DNA of 43,791 nt from Myxococcota bacterium (GTDB lineage Bacteria > Myxococcota_A > Polyangia > JBBTFH01): the NCBI GenBank assembly GCA_038041915.1, contig JBBTFH010000022.1, positions 6,569 to 50,359 on the forward strand, given 5' to 3'. Positions 34,973 through 43,155 of the stretch are shown piece after piece (positions within the stretch are counted from its first letter, which is position 1; every line of letters begins with the position of its first letter). The translations under genes were made by a program, and so were the position numbers. The notes below the pieces were generated by a model. That model ran no database searches. It had not been told where the DNA came from and saw only the letters and a program-made list of their open reading frames with translations.

Positions 34973-37314
34973 GCTTCGTAGTCTCGGCCGAACAGCGCCT
35001 CGTCGAGCGCCCGCGCGCGGTCGTAGCCGAGGCGTGCCTCGGCCAGCTCGGCGCCGAGCCGGTCGAACGCCTCGTGCACCTCCGCGTCGTCGCGGGCGTG
35101 CGCGTAGATGTCGAGGATGCGCGATCCAAGCTCGCGCTCGTCGGCGAGCTGCCCGAGCACGAGGTCCAGCTCGCCGACGACCAGCTCGAAGAGGTTGATG
35201 CGCCGCTCGAGCACGCCGAGCATCCGCTCCTCGGCGGTGCCGCGCGCGGCCAAGTTGTAGACCGACACCTCGCGCGTCTGGCCGAGGCGGTGCAGTCGCC
35301 CAATGCGCTGCTCCAGGCGCATGGGGTTCCACGGCACGTCGAAGTTGACGAGCGTCGAGGCGAACTGGAGGTTGCGCCCTTCGCCGCCGACCTCGGTGGC
35401 CAGCAGCACGGGGACTTCGTCGCGGAAGCGCGCGACCGCGGCGTCCTTGGCCTGGGCCGTCATCCCGCCCGAGAAGACCGCGAATGCGACTCCGCGGGCC
35501 GCGAGGCGTTCTGCGAGATAGGCGAGCGTGTCGCGGAACTGCGTGAAGACGACCTTCTTTTCGCCGCCCGCCGTGACGAGACCGAGCAGGTGCTCGATCT
35601 TGCGCGTGTCGGCGAGCGCGGCGGCGCGCGCGCCGAGGTCGCGCAGGTCGCTCGCGGCGGCGGGCGCGAGCGTGTCGCCGGCCGCGAGGCGTGCGCACGT
35701 GCCGGCGAGCGCGCGCGGGCTCGACCCGGCGCGTTCGAGCATCTGGCGCAACGCCAGCGGCGCCAGCGCGCCTTTGTGCGCGCGCACGATCTCGACCGCG
35801 CGGGCGTAGAGGGACGCCTCGGCGTCCGGCGGGTCGACGACGATCGTGGTCGCGCGCCGTGGCGGAAGCCGCACGCCCGCGAGCGCGCGCGTGTTGCGGA
35901 TCATGACCTCGCCGAGCAGCGCGCGTAGCCGCTCGCGGTTGCGTGGCGAGGTCGGGTCGTCGGGATCGACGAACTGCCGCCGGAAGTCGGCCGGTGTGCG
36001 GAAGTGGCCGGGGCGGAGCAGCGTGACCAGCGCGTAGAGCTCGTCGAGGTTGCGCTCAACGGGCGTGGCCGTGATGAGCAGAAGGAAGCGGCTGCGGAGG
36101 CCGTCGACGAGCGCGTGCGCTCGCGTCGATCGGCGCTTGAGGTGGTGCGCCTCGTCGACCAGGACGAGGTCGAAAGCCTGCGCGCGCACGGCGTCGCGGT
36201 TGCGCGCCGATGCGGCGGTGGCGAGCGACGCGACCAGGATCCCGGCGCGCTCGAAGAAGCGCGGCCCCTCGCGCGCGTAGTCGGCGTCCTCGGTGGTCGC
36301 GCACGCGAGGCCAAACTTGGCGGCCAGTTCCTCCCGCCACTGCGAGACCAGCGCCGGCGGCGCCAGCACGAGCGCGCGTCGCGCCATGCCGCGCACGACG
36401 TACTCGCGCAGAACCAGGCAGGCCTCGATGGTCTTGCCCAGACCCACCTCGTCGGCCAGCAGGGCGCGCCCGCGGAGCGATCCGAGGACGCGGCGCACGG
36501 CGTCGAGCTGGTAGGTCAGGCGCTCGAGCCCGCTCGTTCCGGCGAGGCCGAGGATCTCGTCGAACCGGCCGGCAACGGCCAGGCGGTGGCCGAGGAGCGC
36601 CGCTCGGCGCGCCGGGAGATCGCCCGCGCCGGCGGCGGCGAGCGCGAGCAGCGCGGCGGAGTCGCCCACGCGGACGTCGACGGCAGGCGGGTCGTTCTCG
36701 GGGCGGCGGGCGGGCGCGGGCAGCGTCGGCGCCGGCGTCGGCTCAGCTCGCGGCGTCGCCGCGCGCGCAACCAGCGGCGCGATCTCCAGCGGGCGCGCGA
36801 TCTGCGACGTCGGCGGGATGTGACGGCGCTTGATCTCGGCGAGCCGCGCCTCGAACGTCCGCCGGAAGTGCAGCGCGTCGAGGGGCTTCATCTGCGCGCG
36901 ATTTCCCGTGGTGACGACGTGCAGGCCGCGCGCGAAGGCCGCGCGTGCCGCATCGGATCGGCTGGCCGCGAGCTCGAGATCGCCCAGCTCCTGGAGCGCC
37001 CACGGCGCTCCCTCGCCGGCGCCGAAGCCGAGGCGGAGCGCCTCGCGCTGCTCGTGGGCGCGGCCCAGCGCGCGAGCGGCCTCGTAGCGGAGGCGGTGCG
37101 CATCGAGCGAACGCGGCAGTCGCGCGCCCGCCCGCCGCGCGCAATCCAGCGCTTCGGCGAAGCGGCCGTCGCGAAGCGCCTCGCGCCCGTCGAGCACGAG
37201 CAGGAGAGCGCTCCGCCGCTCGGTCCGCGCCTGTCTCGCGCGGCTTCGCGCTCTCTGCCCGCTTCGGTCCCGTTCCTTGCGAGAAGCGCGCGACACGCAC
37301 GCGCAGCAAAGCAA
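34969..37314 (-). CDS. SNF2/RapA-like DEAH-box helicase (superfamily 2)
   Basis: Motifs LLADEVGLGKTIEA (I), LVLVDEAHHLK (II, DEAH), LLITATPVERNLDEL (III), the helicase-C block VFTQFRDTL...LATEVGGEGRNLQ, and QRIGRLHRLGQ (VI). The N-terminal roughly 280 aa are Ala/Arg-rich and TPR-like. The exact start is uncertain, about 37200-37314. Confidence 0.85.
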   Translation of the reverse strand: MLCCACVSRASRKERDRSGQRARSRARQARTERRSALLLVLDGREALRDGRFAEALDCARRAGARLPRSLDAHRLRYEAARALGRAHEQREALRLGFGAGEGAPWALQELGDLELAASRSDAARAAFARGLHVVTTGNRAQMKPLDALHFRRTFEARLAEIKRRHIPPTSQIARPLEIAPLVARAATPRAEPTPAPTLPAPARRPENDPPAVDVRVGDSAALLALAAAGAGDLPARRAALLGHRLAVAGRFDEILGLAGTSGLERLTYQLDAVRRVLGSLRGRALLADEVGLGKTIEACLVLREYVVRGMARRALVLAPPALVSQWREELAAKFGLACATTEDADYAREGPRFFERAGILVASLATAASARNRDAVRAQAFDLVLVDEAHHLKRRSTRAHALVDGLRSRFLLLITATPVERNLDELYALVTLLRPGHFRTPADFRRQFVDPDDPTSPRNRERLRALLGEVMIRNTRALAGVRLPPRRATTIVVDPPDAEASLYARAVEIVRAHKGALAPLALRQMLERAGSSPRALAGTCARLAAGDTLAPAAASDLRDLGARAAALADTRKIEHLLGLVTAGGEKKVVFTQFRDTLAYLAERLAARGVAFAVFSGGMTAQAKDAAVARFRDEVPVLLATEVGGEGRNLQFASTLVNFDVPWNPMRLEQRIGRLHRLGQTREVSVYNLAARGTAEERMLGVLERRINLFELVVGELDLVLGQLADERELGSRILDIYAHARDDAEVHEAFDRLGAELAEARLGYDRARALDEALFGRDYEA

Positions 37315-37362
37315 AGGCCAAGCGCGTGATCAAGCGATTCCTTCCAGGGAAGTGAAAGTCGG

Positions 37363-37380
37363 TAGAGCTGACCGGGCTCG
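37363..37380 (-). repeat. Partial duplicate of the tRNA-Ala 3' end (att-like scar)
   Basis: tagagctgaccgggctcg compared with the tRNA 3' end tggagctgaccgggatcg (37441-37458). There is a 12-nt exact core gagctgaccggg, in the same orientation, 60 nt from the tRNA 3' end. Confidence 0.5.
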
Positions 37381-37440
37381 TCTCTCGGATCTGACGGCGG
37401 CGGTCGAAGCGAAGCTAGCGAATCAGCGAGGGGAATTCTG

Positions 37441-37513
37441 TGGAGCTGACCGGGATCGAACCGGCGACCTCATGAATGCCATTCATGCGCTCTCCCAGCT
37501 GAGCTACAGCCCC
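37441..37513 (-). tRNA. tRNA-Ala (anticodon GGC)
   Basis: Minus strand reads GGGGCTGTAGCTCAGCTGGGAGAGCGCATGAATGGCATTCATGAGGTCGCCGGTTCGATCCCGGTCAGCTCCA. It folds as a cloverleaf with a 7-bp acceptor stem containing the G3:U70 Ala identity pair. Anticodon loop AT-GGC-AT. T-arm GGTTCGATCC. CCA is not encoded. Confidence 0.95.
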
Positions 37514-37562
37514 AAGATACGTCAGATACGTCGCGCGGGCGTCGCCGCGCGGGTCGGAATCG

Positions 37563-37934
37563 TCAAAAGCTGGTGAAGCCGCCGCCGCCGCGCTCGCCCG
37601 GATCCGGCTCGTCGTCGTCTTCGACGTCGAGGTCGTCGTCTTCCGGTTCGTCGAAAGCGTCGGGCTGGCCTTCGGCCCCGGGCGGTGTCGCCTCTGGCGC
37701 CAGCGGCGGGAACGTCGACGCGGCCGTCGCCGGAATCGACCGTACGACCGCGGGCTTGGGCGCCGCCGCGCGCTGCGTCACGGGCTTGCGCGCCTTGGCT
37801 CTCGCCTTCGCCTTGACCCTCGGGCGTCGCGCCGCGGCGCGCTTACCCTTGCTCGGTTTCGCCTTCGCCTTGGTCTTGCGCGCCGCCGCCTTCCGCCCCT
37901 TGCCGCCTTTCTTCTGCGCTGGTTTGGCTGCCAT
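37563..37934 (-). CDS. Lys/Ala/Arg-rich histone-H1-like basic protein with an acidic C-terminal tail
   Basis: Track ORF trimmed to ATG 37934, which has AAGGAG 8 nt upstream. Sequence MAAKPAQKKGGKGRKAAARKTKAKAKPSKGKRAAARRPRVKAKARAKARK... then DAFDEPEDDDLDVEDDDEPDPGERGGGGFTSF. Confidence 0.7.
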   Translation of the reverse strand: MAAKPAQKKGGKGRKAAARKTKAKAKPSKGKRAAARRPRVKAKARAKARKPVTQRAAAPKPAVVRSIPATAASTFPPLAPEATPPGAEGQPDAFDEPEDDDLDVEDDDEPDPGERGGGGFTSF

Positions 37935-38044
37935 GGCCGTGCTCCTTTCTCCTCGCCGGTGCGATCTTTTTCGCACTTCGTTTCGCACCTAACAACCTTC
38001 CCCCCGCTTGTCAAATGGACAAAACGATCAATTCGGCGACGGAA

Positions 38045-40447
38045 TCAGTCGACGACTTCGATCTCTTCCGGCTGCTTGGTGCGGAAATTGGCGTCGATGT
38101 GATCGATGAGCTCGATGAGCAGTGTCTCCATCTGGGCGGAGCCGGCGACCACCGAGTCGAGGTAGAAGGTGCCCTGTTCGCAGCCGTCGCCGTCCTCGGG
38201 CGCCGGGTCCTGGGGGAGCTCGAAGCCGGGGCGGCAACGGCCGTCGACGTAGACGACGATGAACTTCTGGTAGCGCTTCGCGGGGTCGGGGTTGACCATG
38301 AAGTTGGCCGGCAGCACCGAGAGATCGACCAGATCGCCCGGCGACATGCCGTAGCCGTGCAGGAAGTAGACGACGGGGTAGGTGCGAGCGGCATTCTCGG
38401 GCTCGAAGTAGCCGGGCGGGAGGAAGAGCCCGTACGGACGCTCCTGGCCGGTCGACGGGCTCACGAACGACTCGTTCTCGCGAAAACTCTCCACGCCGGT
38501 GTTGAGCGGCGCATCGTCGCGGTCGCCGCCGGGCCAGCGCGCGTCGATGAAACCGAAAAGCGTGAAGACGCGATTGATCACCTGGCTGACCGTGCCGACG
38601 TGCCGCCCGTCGCCCTGGTTGATGCGCGAGTCGCTCGCGTCGGGATCGCCGTAGCGCACGTAGATGTGCTTGCCGAGCGTCGCGAAGTCGACGTCCTCCG
38701 TCGAGCCGTAGTGGAAGTCGTCCTCGCTGCCGTCGAGCGTGTAGAACTGGTCGTAGACGCGCAGGCCGCCGGTGAGGGACTGCAGCACGCCGGCGAGCTG
38801 GTTGGTCGCGACGTGCGCGTTCAGGAAGTCGCGGATGCCGGCGTCGAGCAGGATGTCCATGTCGGCGAGCGCGCGCGGATCCATCGCGAACAGCCGGTGG
38901 CGCGGATCGTGATCGAACCAGCGCAGCGTGCCGAGCGCGTAGTCGAACTGGGCGTTGCCCTCGCCGTCGTCGTAGCAGTCGTCGCCGTCGCCGTCGCCCA
39001 ACTGGCACGTTCCTTCGACGCCGTCGACGCCGAAGTCGTCCCACGGCTCGCCGTCGTCGTACTGCCAGTTGCCCTCGGCGCCGAGCGGGTTCTTCGAGTA
39101 GTGATAGTCGTCGGCGGACGGGTCGGGATTGTCGTTCGCGTCGTAGCCGGGCTCAAAGGCGCTCGCGAGGCCGTCGGCGCCCACGTCCTCGAAGTGCTCG
39201 TAGGAGTGCAGCACTATGGGCTCGCCCGAGTCGCGCCTGCCGCTTTCGTTCACGTCGACGGCGAGCAGCACCTGCGCGGGGCTGGTCGGCTCGAGGCTGG
39301 GATCGAAGACGCCCAGGCCCAGCTCCGAGCTGTCGACGCCGTCGCAGAACGTGATGACGGGCCACGCGCCGTCGGGGTTGTACTCGCGGTCGTGAAAGCC
39401 CCGCAGGACGACGGGCTCGGCGCACTGCTCCGCGGCGGTCTTTTCGAGGTAGCTCTCGGGCACGCCGGGCGGCAGGTAGAGGCTCTCGGGGTTCGAGTAC
39501 GCCGGGTTGCCGAACGCGCGGCTGACGTCGCGCAGCGCCTTGGTGTAGAGGTTGCGGCGCAGCGTGAGCCCGGTGCCGGTGCCGCCTTCGTAAATCTGCG
39601 CTTCGTACGACGAGGGACGCTCGAGCTGGCGCACGAGCGGCGCACGCGGCACGGGGCAGAGCTCGCCGATGGAGCCGTTTCCGGCGGCCTCGTCCTCGGC
39701 GGTGCAAAAGCCGCCGAGAAAAAAGTCCTGGAAGTAGCCGGCCATGTACGTGAGGTCCGCGCCCGGATCGGCGCCGAGCGGCGCGACGATGTCGAAGAGC
39801 TCGGGGTGGCGCATCGCGATCATCGCCGAGGCGACGCCGCCCATCGAGATGCCGGCGATAGCCCGCCACAGGTGGCGGCGCGTGCGCGGCGTGCCGGCGT
39901 TCTCGCGCACGCCGAGTTGGAAGATGCCGAGCTCGTCGGTGAGGAAGCTCGCGCGGCCGGCGGGTAGATCGATCAGAAGGTTGGCGACCGCCGGCGAGAG
40001 GGGCTCCTGAGCGCCGTCGCGCTGCCAGAAGAGCTGGATGTGGCCGCGGTGCGCGCCGTCGCGAAACTGCGAGCAGCGCAGCGGCAGCGTGACCTTCACC
40101 TCGCGCGCGAACAGGCGCGGCGCCGGCGTGATCGCGATGGCCTTGCCGACCGGCACGAAGCCGTCGGGGAGGATGTCGTCGGCGCAGGCGGCGTCGACGT
40201 CGACCGCGTCCAGCGCATGGCCGGACGGCCCTTCGAGCGCGAACCCCTCGAGGTCGCCGAAGTCGGCGCCGACAGCCTCGACGCGCGTGCCGTCGAAGCT
40301 CGCGGAAAACGCGCTTTGGCAGCCGACGAAGTTTTCCGAGGTGCAAACGCCGCCTCCGTCCGCGCCGCCATCGGCGCCTCCGCCTCCGCCGTCGCCGTCG
40401 CCGCAGGCCGTGAGCAGGAGCACCAAGCCGAAGAGGGAGCGCCGCAT
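38045..40447 (-). CDS. Large (800 aa) lipoprotein with esterase/alpha-beta-hydrolase motifs in permuted order
   Basis: Lipobox LLLLTAC. Nucleophile elbow AIAGISMGGVASAMIAMRHPELFD at about aa 197-220. The motif that normally precedes it (YPVVYFLHGYG...FIVVYVDG...LIELIDHIDANFRT) sits at about aa 690-790. Confidence 0.8.
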   Translation of the reverse strand: MRRSLFGLVLLLTACGDGDGGGGGADGGADGGGVCTSENFVGCQSAFSASFDGTRVEAVGADFGDLEGFALEGPSGHALDAVDVDAACADDILPDGFVPVGKAIAITPAPRLFAREVKVTLPLRCSQFRDGAHRGHIQLFWQRDGAQEPLSPAVANLLIDLPAGRASFLTDELGIFQLGVRENAGTPRTRRHLWRAIAGISMGGVASAMIAMRHPELFDIVAPLGADPGADLTYMAGYFQDFFLGGFCTAEDEAAGNGSIGELCPVPRAPLVRQLERPSSYEAQIYEGGTGTGLTLRRNLYTKALRDVSRAFGNPAYSNPESLYLPPGVPESYLEKTAAEQCAEPVVLRGFHDREYNPDGAWPVITFCDGVDSSELGLGVFDPSLEPTSPAQVLLAVDVNESGRRDSGEPIVLHSYEHFEDVGADGLASAFEPGYDANDNPDPSADDYHYSKNPLGAEGNWQYDDGEPWDDFGVDGVEGTCQLGDGDGDDCYDDGEGNAQFDYALGTLRWFDHDPRHRLFAMDPRALADMDILLDAGIRDFLNAHVATNQLAGVLQSLTGGLRVYDQFYTLDGSEDDFHYGSTEDVDFATLGKHIYVRYGDPDASDSRINQGDGRHVGTVSQVINRVFTLFGFIDARWPGGDRDDAPLNTGVESFRENESFVSPSTGQERPYGLFLPPGYFEPENAARTYPVVYFLHGYGMSPGDLVDLSVLPANFMVNPDPAKRYQKFIVVYVDGRCRPGFELPQDPAPEDGDGCEQGTFYLDSVVAGSAQMETLLIELIDHIDANFRTKQPEEIEVVD

Positions 40448-40494
40448 GGCGCGCAGCCTAGCGAAAGCGCGCGTTGTTTGCTACGAAGCCTGCC

Positions 40495-40914
40495 ATGTTC
40501 GCGTTTCCAAGTGTCGAGTGGGTCGCGGCGTACAAGGACGCGCTGGGCGCGAGCGAAGCCTACCGCAAGGCGGCCGCCGGCTGGACGCACGGCGCGGTCG
40601 CGCTGGTGACCCGCGCCGATCCGGCGGTCGGGCTCGCCGAGGACACGGCCATCTGGCTCGACCTCGATCGGGGAGTGTGCCGCGAGGCGCGCATCGCCTC
40701 TGCGGCGGAGGCGCAGCAGGCGCCTTTCTGCATCACCGGCGAGTACGCGCGCTGGAAGCAAGTACTGAAAAAACAGCTCGATCCGATCCAGGGAATGATG
40801 CAAAGGAAGCTCGAGCTGCGCGGGCAGATGACGATCATCGTGCGCTTCGTGCTGGCCTCGAAGGAGCTGGTCGAGGCGGCGCAGCGCGTGCCGACGAAGT
40901 TTCTCGACGAATAG
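40495..40914 (+). CDS. SCP2 sterol-carrier-like domain protein
   Basis: ATG 40495 within track ORF 40474-40914. FCITGEYARWKQVLKKQLDPIQGMMQRKLELRGQM follows the SCP2 C-terminal pattern. Confidence 0.75.
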   Translation: MFAFPSVEWVAAYKDALGASEAYRKAAAGWTHGAVALVTRADPAVGLAEDTAIWLDLDRGVCREARIASAAEAQQAPFCITGEYARWKQVLKKQLDPIQGMMQRKLELRGQMTIIVRFVLASKELVEAAQRVPTKFLDE

Positions 40915-40920
40915 GCGGCG

Positions 40921-42069
40921 ATGGTCAGCTACGGCGCCGATCTCTCCTTCCGCTACGTGCAGAGCGCGCGCGTGATGTTCGGCGCGGGCGTGGCGGGCGA
41001 GGCGGGCCTGGAGGTGAAGGCGCTCGGCTGCGAGCGGGCGCTGCTCGTGACCGATTCTTTCCTTCGCGGCAAGACCGATCTTTGCGCGCGCGTCGAGAAG
41101 GCGCTCGGCGCGCGTCTCGCGGGAATCTTCGACGGCGTCGTGCCCGACGCGTCGGTCGAGACCATCGACGAGGGCGCGGCGATGGGGCGCCGGCTCTCCG
41201 CTGACGCTCTGGTCAGCCTCGGCGGTGGCAGCGCCATCGACACGGCCAAGGGCATCGCCGTGTGCCTGACGCTCGGCGGCGGCATTCGCGATCACCAGGG
41301 CACGCAGTTCCTGGGAAAGCGCGCCACGCCGCACGTCGCGATCCCGACGACGGCGGGCACCGGCAGCGAGGTGTCGATGTACGTGGTGGTCAAGGACCCG
41401 GTCGCGCGCGAGAAGATGCACTACGCCGACGAGCGGCTCATCCCCGACGTGGCGCTGCTCGATCCCGAGGTCACGCTCGGGCTGCCGCCGGCGCTGACGG
41501 CGGCGACCGGCTTCGACGCGCTCACGCACGCGGTCGAGGCCTACACGTCGACCAACCGCAACCCGCTCTCCGACGCGCAGGCGCTGCACGCCATCGGGCT
41601 CGTCGCCGAGCACCTGCCGCGCGCACTGAAGGACGGGGGCGACCTGGTCGCGCGCGGGCAGATGCTGCTCGCGTCCAACCTCGCCGGCGCTGCGATGTCG
41701 AACTCCGGCGTCGGGCTCGTGCACGCGATAGCGCACGTCGTCGGCGCGCGCCACGGCGTGCACCACGGGGCTGCCAACGCGATCGCCCTGCCGCACGTCA
41801 TTCGCTGGAATGCAGACGAGCCGGCGCTGGCGCCACGCTACGCCGACGTGGCGGCGGCGCTCGGCGCCCGCGGCGGCGACGCGGCCGACGCCAGCAAAGC
41901 GCTGCTCGCGCGCTGCGGCCTGCCGTCGCGCTACCGCGACGTTGGCGTGCCCGAGGCCGATCTGGCGGCGATCGCGCAGGCCGCCATCGGCGACGGCGCG
42001 ATCGTCTACAACGGCAAGTTCGCCGCCGAGGCTTCGCTCGTCCTCGGCGTGCTGCGGGAGGCGTGGTGA
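40921..42069 (+). CDS. Iron-containing (group III) alcohol dehydrogenase
   Basis: GGGSAIDTAK, IPTTAGTGSEV and the His-rich metal blocks (LTHAVEAYTS, GLVHAIAHVVGARHGVHHGAANA). Confidence 0.9.
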   Translation: MVSYGADLSFRYVQSARVMFGAGVAGEAGLEVKALGCERALLVTDSFLRGKTDLCARVEKALGARLAGIFDGVVPDASVETIDEGAAMGRRLSADALVSLGGGSAIDTAKGIAVCLTLGGGIRDHQGTQFLGKRATPHVAIPTTAGTGSEVSMYVVVKDPVAREKMHYADERLIPDVALLDPEVTLGLPPALTAATGFDALTHAVEAYTSTNRNPLSDAQALHAIGLVAEHLPRALKDGGDLVARGQMLLASNLAGAAMSNSGVGLVHAIAHVVGARHGVHHGAANAIALPHVIRWNADEPALAPRYADVAAALGARGGDAADASKALLARCGLPSRYRDVGVPEADLAAIAQAAIGDGAIVYNGKFAAEASLVLGVLREAW

Positions 42070-42503
42070 GCTTCGACGTCGCCGTCGATCCCGGCGCGGC
42101 CGAGAACGGTCTTGCGCTCATGCTCGCGCAGCTTGTCGAGGAGAACCTGCAAGATCCGGCCAAGCGCGCCGACTTCGACCGGCTTGAGCTGCGTCTGGGC
42201 ATCGTCGCCTCCGACGCCGGCGTGAGGCTCACGATGATCTTCTCGCGCGGCCGGCTCGCCGTGTACGACGGCCTGGCGGCCGAGCTCGATCTCATGATCA
42301 CCACGACGTCCGAAAAGATCACGGCGCTGTCGCTGCTGCCGATTCGCCGCCTCGGCCCGCTGCGGCTTCCCGACTACGCCAGCGCGCAGGGCCGCGCGAT
42401 CGTCGCCGACCTCGTGCGCGGCGACGTGAAGATCCGCGGCCTCTTGCGGCACCCGATCGCGCTCACGCGCCTGACCCGCCTGCTCTCCGTCGCCGGATCG
42501 TAG
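42066..42503 (+). CDS. SCP2-like domain protein; its 3' 242 bp are one copy of a direct repeat
   Basis: GTG 42066 overlaps the ADH stop. ...DLMITTTSEKITALSLLP...GDVKIRGLLRHPIALTRLTRLLSV. Confidence 0.7.
   Translation: MSFDVAVDPGAAENGLALMLAQLVEENLQDPAKRADFDRLELRLGIVASDAGVRLTMIFSRGRLAVYDGLAAELDLMITTTSEKITALSLLPIRRLGPLRLPDYASAQGRAIVADLVRGDVKIRGLLRHPIALTRLTRLLSVAGS
42252..42493 (+). repeat. Direct repeat copy A (242 bp), matching 43156-43397
   Basis: Colinear match by eye with scattered substitutions and no indels noticed. Both copies keep the same reading frame. Confidence 0.85.
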
Positions 42504-42554
42504 AGCGCCCCCCGTCGGGCGGGCTCACAGCGACGCGTGCTACACTGGTTGCCG

Positions 42555-42782
42555 ATGACGCTGACGCTCAGGGCCCGCGTGAAGGCAGGCCGGCTGGTTC
42601 TCGACGAGCCGGTCGATCTGCCGGACGGTTCCGAGGTCGATCTCGTTCCGGCCGACCAGGATGACGACCTCGAGGATGAGGACCGCGCTCGGCTGCACGC
42701 GGCGTTGGAGCGCTCGGTCGCGGAGTTCGCCTCCGGGAAGGCGATCGACGCACGCAAGGCGCTGAAGCGGCTGCCGCGGTAG
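42555..42782 (+). CDS. Type II antitoxin candidate (DUF104-like N-terminus plus addiction-module C-terminus)
   Basis: ATG 42555. MTLTLRARVKAGRLVLDEPVDLPDGSEVDLVP then an acidic linker and LHAALERSVAEFASGKAIDARKALKRL. Sits 7 nt upstream of the toxin gene. Confidence 0.6.
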   Translation: MTLTLRARVKAGRLVLDEPVDLPDGSEVDLVPADQDDDLEDEDRARLHAALERSVAEFASGKAIDARKALKRLPR

Positions 42783-42789
42783 CCCGCGG

Positions 42790-43098
42790 GTGAAGCGCTA
42801 CCGCGTCGAGATGTCGCCGGCGGCGCACGCGCAGGCGGATGCGATCGCGGCGTGGTGGGTGACGAACCGCCCGGCGGCGCGCTCGCTCTTCTCCGACGAG
42901 GCGCAGGCGGCGGAGAAACAGCTCGAGAAGACTCCCCTGGTTGGCGGCCGCTATCGACGCGGACGCGAGGGCATGCGTCGGCTCCTGCTGCCTCGGACGC
43001 GCTACCACCTCTACTACGTCGTAGACGAGGGCGCGCTGGTGGTGCGCATCCACGCGTTCTGGCACACGGCACGCGGCAAGGGACCGTCGCTGAGATAG
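42790..43098 (+). CDS. ParE/RelE-family toxin candidate
   Basis: GTG 42790. Layout YRVEMSPAAHAQADAIAAWW...FSDEAQAAEKQLEKTPLVG...MRRLLLPRTRYHLYYVVDEGALVVRIHAFWH is typical of ParE/RelE. Confidence 0.7.
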   Translation: MKRYRVEMSPAAHAQADAIAAWWVTNRPAARSLFSDEAQAAEKQLEKTPLVGGRYRRGREGMRRLLLPRTRYHLYYVVDEGALVVRIHAFWHTARGKGPSLR

Positions 43099-43155
43099 CT
43101 GCGCGGAGGCCGCAGTGGGCGCGCCGCCCTTGTCCACGACCCAGACACCGCCGGG

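Noticed and set aside
37515-37532. Perfect tandem 9-mer AGATACGTC-AGATACGTC abutting the tRNA-Ala 5' end
   Set aside because: It is too short to interpret. It probably belongs to the tRNA promoter or leader, or to the tail of the upstream terminator.
38015-39967. 650-aa plus-strand ORF
   Set aside because: It is antisense to the 800-aa lipoprotein gene, which has a lipobox and hydrolase motifs. It shows shadow-ORF composition.
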